A stretch of 64,000 nucleotides of DNA from a virus. Location of the stretch: the IMG/VR virus record IMGVR_UViG_3300025450_000020, positions 18,186 to 82,185 of that record; one strand, written 5' to 3'. Made by a program: the position numbers and the translations under genes. Under the pieces are notes generated by a model. The model ran no database searches. It saw only the letters and a program-made list of their open reading frames with translations, and was not told where the DNA came from. This document shows, piece after piece, positions 10,247 through 18,532 of the stretch. The stretch's first letter is position 1. Every line of letters starts with the position of its first letter.

Positions 10247-11610
10247 TGGCTAAAACATACTCTGCTATTCAGACTATTACACTGTCTGCAACTACATCGT
10301 CTGTTACTTTTGCAAATATCCCTCAAAACTATACAGATTTACGACTTCTTGTTAGCGCACGTACTACAGACTCAAATACTGTTAGCTCTACCGCTATGCG
10401 TGTAGGTAACGGTAACGTTGATGCTGGAGCAAACTACACGCAAAAAGACGTACAGTATGCAAACGGCTCTGCTTCTTCTGGTAATACTAGCGGAACCAAC
10501 CAATGGTATTTTGTTCACGATGCGGCAAGTAACACATCGGGAATATTTGGAAATGCAGAAATTTACATACCTAGCTACACCAATGGAATACAAAAATCTG
10601 CTCAATTAAACAGTGTAACTGAGGACAACTCTAGCACCAGCATACAAAGCAGAACAACCTCTGCATTATGGACTGGAACGTCTGCAATTAATATTATTAC
10701 ACTTACTGGAAGCGGTACCAGTTATGCGGCTGGTTCTACTTTTACTCTTTACGGTATTGGTCAAGGAGCTAAAGCTACTGGTGGAACTGTAGTGGGTGCT
10801 GGTAACTATATTTATCATACCTTTACTTCTTCTGGAACATTTACACCAACAGAGTATATTAAGAACGCAGAAGTTCTTGTTATCGCTGGTGGTGGTGGCG
10901 GAGGTTCTCAGGATGGAGCTGGAGCTGGAGCTGGTGGAGTGCTATACGCCCCACCAAATTACCCGTTTAATGCAGGAACAAACTACGGAATTACAGTAGG
11001 AGCTGGTGGCGCTGGAGGTACTTCTAGCGGAGCTGGTTCACAAGGAAACAACTCAGTTGTAAATGCGCTTGTATCCATTGGTGGCGGTGGTGGTGCTGGA
11101 AGAAACACTGTAGGAACTACAGGAGGTTCTGGCGCTGGTGGAAATACAAACGGTGGCTCTCAAGGACCTACGTCTGCACTACAAGCTAGCGTTGGTGGAG
11201 GAATAGGTTATGGTAATGCGGGTGGAGCTAGTGGTAACTCTGGTAGCGGCGCTTCTGGTGGTGGCGGAGGTGCTGGTGCAGCAGGTGGCGCTGGAGTAGG
11301 AGCCACACCTAAAGGTGGAGACGGCGGAATTGGATTAACAACCTGGTCAAGCTGGGGCTACGCCACGGGAACAGGACAAAACATTGGTGGAACTTACTAC
11401 TACGCAGGTGGCGGTGGCGGCGGGGCCGAGCCTACTGGCTCTCAAACTCAAGGTGTTGGTGGTTATGGTGGCGGAGGAACAGCAACTGCCTCTGGCACGG
11501 GTGGAAGTGGGACATCCAATACTGGCGGTGGAGGCGGAGCAGCCTCTGCAAGTGCGGCTGGTGGAGCTGGTGGTTCTGGTTTAGTAATCATTCGTTACCC
11601 AGTTAACTAA
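10246..11610 (+). CDS. Fibre cassette subunit C plus Gly-rich domain, copy 2
   Basis: SVTFANIPQNYTDLRLLVSAR...FGNAEIYIP...SVTEDN, then Gly-rich domain; TAATG coupling. Confidence 0.7.
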   Translation: MAKTYSAIQTITLSATTSSVTFANIPQNYTDLRLLVSARTTDSNTVSSTAMRVGNGNVDAGANYTQKDVQYANGSASSGNTSGTNQWYFVHDAASNTSGIFGNAEIYIPSYTNGIQKSAQLNSVTEDNSSTSIQSRTTSALWTGTSAINIITLTGSGTSYAAGSTFTLYGIGQGAKATGGTVVGAGNYIYHTFTSSGTFTPTEYIKNAEVLVIAGGGGGGSQDGAGAGAGGVLYAPPNYPFNAGTNYGITVGAGGAGGTSSGAGSQGNNSVVNALVSIGGGGGAGRNTVGTTGGSGAGGNTNGGSQGPTSALQASVGGGIGYGNAGGASGNSGSGASGGGGGAGAAGGAGVGATPKGGDGGIGLTTWSSWGYATGTGQNIGGTYYYAGGGGGGAEPTGSQTQGVGGYGGGGTATASGTGGSGTSNTGGGGGAASASAAGGAGGSGLVIIRYPVN

Positions 11611-11633
11611 CAATATGCTAAATAAACAAATAA

Positions 11634-11642
11634 TGCTATAAT
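11634..11642 (+). promoter_or_regulatory. Extended -10 promoter (TGCTATAAT)
   Basis: Consensus TGnTATAAT upstream of SD AGGAGG and ATG 11667. Confidence 0.6.
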
Positions 11643-11666
11643 ATAAAAAGTAACAGGAGGTATAAA

Positions 11667-11900
11667 ATGTCAGATACACCAACAAAGATTATTGTTGATT
11701 GCTCTACAGGAGAACAAAAGATTGTTCCTTTGACTCCCGCCGAGATTGCAGCTAACGATCAAGCAGCAGCAGCGGCAGCTACAGCAGCTCAAGAAAAGGC
11801 AGCAGCAGATGCTGCGGCAGCAGCAGCAAAAGCAAGTGCGGTAGCAAAGCTATCTTCACTTGGACTTACAGCAGAAGAAATTGCAGCATTAACTGCATAA
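11667..11900 (+). CDS. Small Ala-rich helical protein, putative fibre assembly chaperone
   Basis: Strong SD; beta N-terminus plus Ala-rich helix ending KLSSLGLTAEEIAAL; position after the fibre array. Confidence 0.5.
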   Translation: MSDTPTKIIVDCSTGEQKIVPLTPAEIAANDQAAAAAATAAQEKAAADAAAAAAKASAVAKLSSLGLTAEEIAALTA

Positions 11901-11924
11901 TTTAAAATAACTAAGGAGAAATAA

Positions 11925-12317
11925 ATGGCACATATGGCCGAAATTGATTCAGATAATAAGGTGGTTCGTGTTCTTGTTGTCTCTGACGCAGACGCAGCAG
12001 ATGGCCATAACTTCCTTGCAAACACATTAGGACTTGGTGGAACGTGGATCGCTACATCATACAACACTCGTGGTGGAGTACACTACGGTCCAGATGGTCA
12101 GCCAGACGGTAAGCCACAAGTTGGATTCAACTATGCTGGAATTGGATATTCATGGGACGGTACAGGATTTGCTGCACCACAACCATTTCCATCATGGACT
12201 CTAGATAAGACAACCTACACATGGACTGCACCTGTTGCATATCCTACAGATGGCAAGCTTTATACCTGGGACGAAGATAAGAAGTCTTGGGATGAAGTTC
12301 CAGCCCCTCAAGCATAA
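11925..12317 (+). CDS. Putative tail-fibre assembly/partner protein of Gly-rich adhesins
   Basis: MAHMAEID..NKVVRVLVV...WIATSYN...NYAGIGYSWD...PQPFPSWTLD...WTAPVAYP; family recalled as a neighbour of Gly-rich genes. Confidence 0.5.
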   Translation: MAHMAEIDSDNKVVRVLVVSDADAADGHNFLANTLGLGGTWIATSYNTRGGVHYGPDGQPDGKPQVGFNYAGIGYSWDGTGFAAPQPFPSWTLDKTTYTWTAPVAYPTDGKLYTWDEDKKSWDEVPAPQA

Positions 12318-12336
12318 TAAATAAAATAATAATGTG

Positions 12337-12375
12337 ATATTTAGCCGCTATTTTACATAGCGGTTAAATATTTTT
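12337..12375 (+). terminator. Intrinsic terminator
   Basis: ATATTTAGCCGCTA / TAGCGGTTAAATAT stem followed by a T run. Confidence 0.7.
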
Positions 12376-12400
12376 GTAGCAAAATAACATAGGAGAATAA

Positions 12401-12607
12401 ATGGCTAAAGTAACACCAAAAGAAGATGAAAAAGTTATGAAGTGCTTTACATTTAATGTAAATATGATGATTCACATTTTTGCAGAAGATGAAACTTCAG
12501 CAAGAGAGAAATTGGATAAAGAAGGCGGATTTGTAGGAAAAAGAGACGTAACTCTAGAAGACTCTATTATTCTCCATCCTAATAAAAGAAATTTGAAGTC
12601 AATCTGA
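12401..12607 (+). CDS. Hypothetical protein
   Basis: SD AGGAG, 68 aa, flanked by two terminators. Confidence 0.55.
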   Translation: MAKVTPKEDEKVMKCFTFNVNMMIHIFAEDETSAREKLDKEGGFVGKRDVTLEDSIILHPNKRNLKSI

Positions 12608-12612
12608 TTCCA

Positions 12613-12637
12613 TCCCGCCTTTTTAGGCGGGACTTTC
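12613..12637 (+). terminator. Intrinsic terminator
   Basis: TCCCGCCT-TTTT-AGGCGGGA hairpin plus CTTTT. Confidence 0.7.
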
Positions 12638-12668
12638 AAATAACCCGATTACATAGTAAAATAGTCTT

Positions 12669-15293
12669 ATGTCATATAAACAAGTAGTTCTCAGGGATAA
12701 TCCAATAGCATTTTGGCCTTTAAATGGCACATCTAGCTTGAGAACCTATGCAACAATTTTGCTGGAGTATAAGACATATCAAGATTGGCTAGATGCTGAG
12801 CCTAACTATGGGGCAGATCCAATTACATTTACATTGCAGGATATATCACAAGGTGGGAACCATGCAGCATATACTTTAGGTTCCCCCAACTTTTTGGACA
12901 TCTTGCCACTTGCAACACTTTCAAATTATGACACACAACTTGCAGGATGCAAGATAAATTCAACTTCTGAGATTGGCATACAAAACCAATACAGTCCAAC
13001 AGGAACTGGATCAACACCTCTTTACAACATGTTCTATACAGGAACAGAGAATTTAACTTTTGGTATTGAAATGTGGTTGGCTTTTGATTCAAACCCGCCA
13101 ACAGACAATGTTGTTTTCCAAGTACAATCGGGCGGGAGTAGCCCAGAAGTTATTGCTAAAGCCTATATAAACAACGATAAGATTTACTTTACAGTTAATG
13201 GAAAAGATAAAGTAGCTGGAACTAATCTTTCATATACAACATATAAGCAGGTATCCTCATGGGATTCACAGATGCATATATTCTTTTACTACTCAAAGGG
13301 ATCAATTAATATTGGCGTTAACTCGTTGTTTGGACAAGCAACACAAGTTAGCCAGAACTTTATTTGGCACAATTCATATTCATCATCTCCAGAGTATTTT
13401 TATAAGATTGGTCCATCAGGATCAAACAATAAGTTTACAATAAATGATCTATCATTCTATGATTATGTTTTGTCAGATAATCAAATCAAGTCTCACATGG
13501 TTTGGGGAACTTATGATTCATCCCCGCAAAATTATGTAAAGCAGTCAAGTGGTTTCTTCTTTGATATTAAAGATGACCCCAATATGCTTGCTTATCAAAA
13601 AGACTTTACAAATCCAGCAAATTATAGAAGTGGTGTCATTAACAATTTAATTGTTGATAAAACTGGAATGACTTTGCAGACTATTCCATCTTTAACAAAA
13701 AGTGGATCAGGCACATTAACAGCATCTAATGGTCTGTCAGTAACATCAACAGCTGGAGCTATGTTTTCAAATCTATCAAAGTATTATTCTTTGGGCGGGA
13801 TTTCAATACTAGGTCAAATAAATTGGACCCTTAACGGAGGTTCATCCCCAGCAACTATACTGGCTATAGATGGAATTAACAACAACGAATCCCTATATCT
13901 AGCTCAAAGCACAGATAACAAACTAACGCTTTACTATCATAGCGTAGCTAACTACTACCCATATGCCTCTACAGACACTATAATTGCTCAAGTTCCAACC
14001 GCTGTTGCTTCAAACGGAAACTATAATTTTGGACTATCAATAAATAACAATATTGCAACAATTTATTTATCGGGTAACAGCTCAGTATCAGGCAATCTTC
14101 CAAGCTATACTTATTCTAATTTAAATCTTTATTTTGGTAATCAGTATTCATCTGCAACAACTCTCCCATTATCGGGCAGCATAAGCAATGTTTCAATATT
14201 GAACTCATACATTAATCCATCTACATATTCTTTGTACGGATCAAACGATATGCTAACAATACCTTTTATAAGCAGTCTTGCAGTTTCACAGATTGGAACA
14301 TGGACATACGGAGTTCTATCTTCTCAACTTAACAAGATATTTGGGTCAAGAGTAACTTGGGAAACTGGAACTTCCGATAATTCTGTAATAAGCTTAAATG
14401 AAAGTGTAGTGTTCCAGTACTCCATGGACAACGGCACTACTTGGAATCAAATAACAAATGGCTATCCAGTAACAAAGTTTGCAGATAATTCACAAGTAGC
14501 ATATCCAGATATAACATTCAGAGCTATCTTATCGGTTCAAGATTCCTCATCCCTACAGTTACCTAGAGTAGATAAAGTTTTGATTAATTTTTATAAGAAC
14601 CTAGAAATTTTCTCAGATGCGGGAGCTTTCGTATTGGCGCCAAGACAAGGCAGCTACATTGGAGACACTTATTCAATTAAGAATAATTTCTTTAATATTC
14701 TTTCACGTACAAGCAATTTTGGCATCAAGGTGGCACAAGTTCAGAATAGTAATTCTGTGGCTACAATTAATACTGTTAATGGAACTGCCACATATCAAAC
14801 GATAGAGTTCTGGTTTAGATATGATTCTGTAAGCTCAAGTATTGCTCAAACGATATTGGACACAGTAGGTCTATCTGCAAAGCTATATATTGACCCCGCC
14901 ACAAACATTGTTTATTCAAATGGTTTTTCAAATGTATTTATAAACGGCGTATCTTTAGCTGCAGGTCGTGTATTAAGCCAGGGCGAGGCATATCATTTTG
15001 TTTGCGTATATCCAAACCAAACAAACGCACAGATATATTTGGGCGGGGATCAAAGACTACAGACCTTCTCATACGGCACATTTGGCTATATAAGCCTATA
15101 TCCTTCAGCATTTGCCCAAGGGGATGCACAGACAAGGTACCTAGAATTCCTGTCTAGCAATGTTGCACAAGTTACAGTATCATCTAATACTGACAGCATA
15201 GGTACAATTGGAGAATATTCAAGCACTGTGACTGGATATAACGGTGGGCAACCAGTTCTGGCATACCCTCATCCCATAAGTATTACCGTATAA
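12669..15293 (+). CDS. Large virion protein with LamG/concanavalin A-like domains
   Basis: MSYKQVVLRDNPIAFWPL start, FGIEMW and TIEFWF strands, INDLSFYDYVLSDNQIKSH LamG-type ending. Confidence 0.6.
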   Translation: MSYKQVVLRDNPIAFWPLNGTSSLRTYATILLEYKTYQDWLDAEPNYGADPITFTLQDISQGGNHAAYTLGSPNFLDILPLATLSNYDTQLAGCKINSTSEIGIQNQYSPTGTGSTPLYNMFYTGTENLTFGIEMWLAFDSNPPTDNVVFQVQSGGSSPEVIAKAYINNDKIYFTVNGKDKVAGTNLSYTTYKQVSSWDSQMHIFFYYSKGSINIGVNSLFGQATQVSQNFIWHNSYSSSPEYFYKIGPSGSNNKFTINDLSFYDYVLSDNQIKSHMVWGTYDSSPQNYVKQSSGFFFDIKDDPNMLAYQKDFTNPANYRSGVINNLIVDKTGMTLQTIPSLTKSGSGTLTASNGLSVTSTAGAMFSNLSKYYSLGGISILGQINWTLNGGSSPATILAIDGINNNESLYLAQSTDNKLTLYYHSVANYYPYASTDTIIAQVPTAVASNGNYNFGLSINNNIATIYLSGNSSVSGNLPSYTYSNLNLYFGNQYSSATTLPLSGSISNVSILNSYINPSTYSLYGSNDMLTIPFISSLAVSQIGTWTYGVLSSQLNKIFGSRVTWETGTSDNSVISLNESVVFQYSMDNGTTWNQITNGYPVTKFADNSQVAYPDITFRAILSVQDSSSLQLPRVDKVLINFYKNLEIFSDAGAFVLAPRQGSYIGDTYSIKNNFFNILSRTSNFGIKVAQVQNSNSVATINTVNGTATYQTIEFWFRYDSVSSSIAQTILDTVGLSAKLYIDPATNIVYSNGFSNVFINGVSLAAGRVLSQGEAYHFVCVYPNQTNAQIYLGGDQRLQTFSYGTFGYISLYPSAFAQGDAQTRYLEFLSSNVAQVTVSSNTDSIGTIGEYSSTVTGYNGGQPVLAYPHPISITV

Positions 15294-15349
15294 CACATTT
15301 TTGGCAGCCATATGTTCCGTTTTTAAGACTTAGGTGGTATTATTGGCAT

Positions 15350-15688
15350 ATGAGCAAGATGCGTACAACCGTCGTAGAAGAAGTTAATTGGGGCCTTTAT
15401 GTTTGGCAGATGCCAGATGGTAAGGTTGTTATGGATGAAGAGGGTGCATATTTGAGTATCCCGTCCCTAAAAGGCGATATTCGCCAGATTAAAAAGCTAA
15501 AGGATGCAGCAAAGCACTACGGCCTAGAAGATGGAACACCATTATTTATGTCTGGTCACAGACCCGTTACAGATGAAGAGCTTGAAATGCAAAAGCAAAG
15601 ATTGGAAATGGGGCTTGTTCCAGACGAGCATGACCTTCCAGCTATGATGGATTATGTTAAAGAAATGAGGGACATGAAGCTTGGTTAA
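15350..15688 (+). CDS. Hypothetical protein upstream of portal (probably leaderless)
   Basis: 112 aa ORF; TGGTATTAT ends 6 nt before the ATG; no SD. Confidence 0.6.
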   Translation: MSKMRTTVVEEVNWGLYVWQMPDGKVVMDEEGAYLSIPSLKGDIRQIKKLKDAAKHYGLEDGTPLFMSGHRPVTDEELEMQKQRLEMGLVPDEHDLPAMMDYVKEMRDMKLG

Positions 15689-15703
15689 AGCTTTATAAAA
15701 AAT

Positions 15704-17281
15704 ATGGCTAATTTAAGAATTGATGACAGTATTGATGAAGATGAGGGTGGGATCACAGTAAAGCTGGATGCCCCATCACATACTATAGAGCACGATTTTG
15801 GTGACCCGTTTAATGCAACTTGGTCAGATATTAAGAAGGCAGATGGCCTAAGTCCTAATTTCCGTCGTCAAGTAAATAGAATGGAAAAGTCATTTACTGG
15901 TGTTGGTGATGCAAAGTCTAAGAAGTTAGATCCGCTTGACCTTACAGGATATTCTCTTTTCCAGATTGTTCAACCTCCTTACAACGTACTATATTTGGCA
16001 CAGCTTTATGATATCTCCCCATATCATCACTCTGCTGTAAATGCTAAAGCTGCCAACGTTGTCGGGCTCGGTTATAAATTTGAAAACACATGGGCAACAA
16101 CTGCAAAGATTGAAGAAGTAATGGATCAGCCTAAAAAGCTTGACAAGTTGCGTTCAAAGCTTGAAGGCCTTAAAGAAGAGATGCGGGAGTTCCTAGAATC
16201 TCTTAACTCTGATGATTCATTTACAGAGACAATGAAAAAGATCTTCATTGACCTAGAATCAACAGGAAATGCTTATCTTGAAGTTGGTCGTACATCAACT
16301 GGTAAGATTGGCTACATTGGTCATATTCCTACAACAACAATGCGTATTCGCCGTCACCGTGACGGATTTGTTCAAGTTGTTTATAACCGCTACACATTTT
16401 TTAGAAACTTCGGTGATACCGAGACCCCAGATCAGATAGGTACTGATCCCCAGCCAAACGAAGTAATTCACTTTAAAGTATTTACTCCGTCAAATACCTA
16501 CTATGGCATTCCAGATGTTTTGTCTGCTAAGAATGCAGTTGCTGGTGATGAATTCGCACAGCGATTTAACTTGGACTACTTTGAAAACAAAGCTGTGCCT
16601 CGTTACATTATTACCGTAAAGGGAGCAAAGCTTACAGCAGAATCAGAGCGTAAGTTACTAGAGTTCTTCCAGACGGGGCTTAAAGGAAGAAATCACAGAA
16701 CCCTTTATATCCCTCTTCCATCAGATGGCGAGCAAGGTCGTGTTGAGTTTAACATGGAGCCAATTGAAGCGGGAATTCAAGATTCTTCGTTTAGGAACTA
16801 TGCGGTAGAAAACAGAGATCGTATTCTTTTGTCTCACCGTGTTCCAGTATCAAAGCTTGGAATGCCTGCAAACGTTTCGTTGGCTAATGCTAAAGATGCT
16901 GACAAGACATTTAAAGAGCAAGTATGTCGTCCACGTCAAGAAGAACTTGAGTTTAAGATTAATTTAATTATCAAGGAATTTACTGATGCGTTCAAACTTC
17001 AATTTAACGAACTTGCACTTACAGATGAAGAGACTCAATCTCGTATTGATGACCGTTATCTGAAGGATCAAGTTATTACTCCTAACGAAGTTCGTGCACG
17101 TCGTGGAATGGCTCCACTTGAAGGCGGTGATGCAGTGTTGGTTATTAATCCTAAAGCAGCACAAGATGCAGCATCAGATGCAAGTGGTAATAAAGCCAGA
17201 AGCCAAGACCGTGTTTTAAATGCACCTGATAAAATGGGCACGGGTCGTGCTCCAAAGGGTGAGGGAAGACAACAGGCATAA
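15704..17281 (+). CDS. Portal protein (HK97/PBSX family)
   Basis: DLESTGNAYLE, EVIHFK...YYGIP, FENKAVP, ILLSHRVP..KLG, ITPNEVRARRGMAPLEGGD. Confidence 0.92.
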   Translation: MANLRIDDSIDEDEGGITVKLDAPSHTIEHDFGDPFNATWSDIKKADGLSPNFRRQVNRMEKSFTGVGDAKSKKLDPLDLTGYSLFQIVQPPYNVLYLAQLYDISPYHHSAVNAKAANVVGLGYKFENTWATTAKIEEVMDQPKKLDKLRSKLEGLKEEMREFLESLNSDDSFTETMKKIFIDLESTGNAYLEVGRTSTGKIGYIGHIPTTTMRIRRHRDGFVQVVYNRYTFFRNFGDTETPDQIGTDPQPNEVIHFKVFTPSNTYYGIPDVLSAKNAVAGDEFAQRFNLDYFENKAVPRYIITVKGAKLTAESERKLLEFFQTGLKGRNHRTLYIPLPSDGEQGRVEFNMEPIEAGIQDSSFRNYAVENRDRILLSHRVPVSKLGMPANVSLANAKDADKTFKEQVCRPRQEELEFKINLIIKEFTDAFKLQFNELALTDEETQSRIDDRYLKDQVITPNEVRARRGMAPLEGGDAVLVINPKAAQDAASDASGNKARSQDRVLNAPDKMGTGRAPKGEGRQQA

Positions 17282-17284
17282 CAA

Positions 17285-18148
17285 ATGTCTACAGCATTAG
17301 ACGTTTTAAATGTTGCTAGAAGTCAAATAGGTTTTGTTGAAGGACCAGTAAATGAAAACCCATATGGAATTTGGTATGGGGTTCCAAATGCAAGTTATTG
17401 TGCTATGGGTATAAGTTGGTGCTTTGCACAAGTTGGACTTTCATCTTTAGTTGCAGCACAAACTCCAAAAGGTTTTGCATATTGCCCTGCAGGTCTTGCA
17501 TGGTTTCAAAGACAAGGTTTAGTTGTAAATAAATATCAAGCACAACCAGGTGACCTTGTTTTCTTTTCATGGGGTACTGGTGTTGCAGAGCATGTTGAAA
17601 TTGTTGAAGCTGCATCTGCAGACGGATTAACAACAATTGGTTTCAATACAACTGATAAAAATACAAAAGAAGCAGCAAATGGCGGAGGGTGCTACAGAGA
17701 ACACCGTCCATATCTTTATGTTATGGCAATTGTAAGACCTAAGTATCCAGTGCCTCTAAAACCTGTTTCAAAGGGTGTTACAAGTAAAAAAGCTACGGCA
17801 GGTGTAGCAGCTACTGGAACAGCCGCAGCAGGCGTTGCAGCAGCTTTACATGGCACTCCAATCACAACCTCGGGAACAACACCAACACCCACTCCATCAC
17901 CTACAGTATTTGTAGCACCACCTTTTCCTACTAGTGCAACAGCTTTTAATTTAGGGCAAAAAAGTGATGCTGTTATGGCTGTAGAAAAAGCACTGTTAAA
18001 GGCGGGACTGCTTCCAAGTAACTATGTAACTGGAATAATGAATAAACAAACACAAGCGGCATTAGTAAAGTATGAGGCAAAGCAAGGAATTAAAGTTACA
18101 GGTACGCTGCCACAAATTATATATGATGAATTAAAGGGATCACTATGA
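17285..18148 (+). CDS. Endolysin: CHAP amidase plus C-terminal peptidoglycan-binding domain
   Basis: YCAMGISWC catalytic Cys, PGDLVFF...HVEIV His, PT linker, V..VEKALLKAG...TQAALVKYE PG-binding-like tail. Confidence 0.8.
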   Translation: MSTALDVLNVARSQIGFVEGPVNENPYGIWYGVPNASYCAMGISWCFAQVGLSSLVAAQTPKGFAYCPAGLAWFQRQGLVVNKYQAQPGDLVFFSWGTGVAEHVEIVEAASADGLTTIGFNTTDKNTKEAANGGGCYREHRPYLYVMAIVRPKYPVPLKPVSKGVTSKKATAGVAATGTAAAGVAAALHGTPITTSGTTPTPTPSPTVFVAPPFPTSATAFNLGQKSDAVMAVEKALLKAGLLPSNYVTGIMNKQTQAALVKYEAKQGIKVTGTLPQIIYDELKGSL

Positions 18149-18480
18149 GCCTAAAACACCATTTTAAGTTCAGTGTTGCAGATGCTAAACAGCTAGGTAT
18201 AGCCTTTGTAGGTGCAATTTCAGCCTGGGCAGCCACGGGATTTCAGAGGGATATAGCCCATCTAATGTATCCAATTGTTGGTTTTATAACAGGAGGCCTG
18301 GCATCCCACAACTCTATGGCTAACCCAAATGTCACTCCAGACTCACACATAGTAACTCCTTATGTCTCTAACATAGAAGATCACAATCCTGGGGTTCCTA
18401 CCCCAGTTGAACAAAACTATAAACCAGAGGGGGCGGATGTCAAAAAAGTCATCCAAATCAATAGCGGAATTATAAAATAA
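18145..18480 (+). CDS. Putative holin
   Basis: Two hydrophobic segments at the N-terminus; overlaps the endolysin stop. Confidence 0.5.
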   Translation: MSLKHHFKFSVADAKQLGIAFVGAISAWAATGFQRDIAHLMYPIVGFITGGLASHNSMANPNVTPDSHIVTPYVSNIEDHNPGVPTPVEQNYKPEGADVKKVIQINSGIIK

Positions 18481-18532
18481 TTTTTACCGAAATTATGACT
18501 TATTTATAAAACTTGCTATTATTTATTTACAT

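Noticed and set aside
300-11580. Many GCTGGTGG (E. coli Chi) octamers
   Set aside because: Explained by Ala-Gly-Gly codons in the Gly-rich genes; largely confined to them.
2-11610. Diversity-generating retroelement or invertible shufflon acting on adhesins (Mtd_N present)
   Set aside because: No reverse transcriptase or invertase in the window, no template/variable pair differing only at adenines, and all cassettes are co-oriented; the shared blocks differ mainly at synonymous sites.
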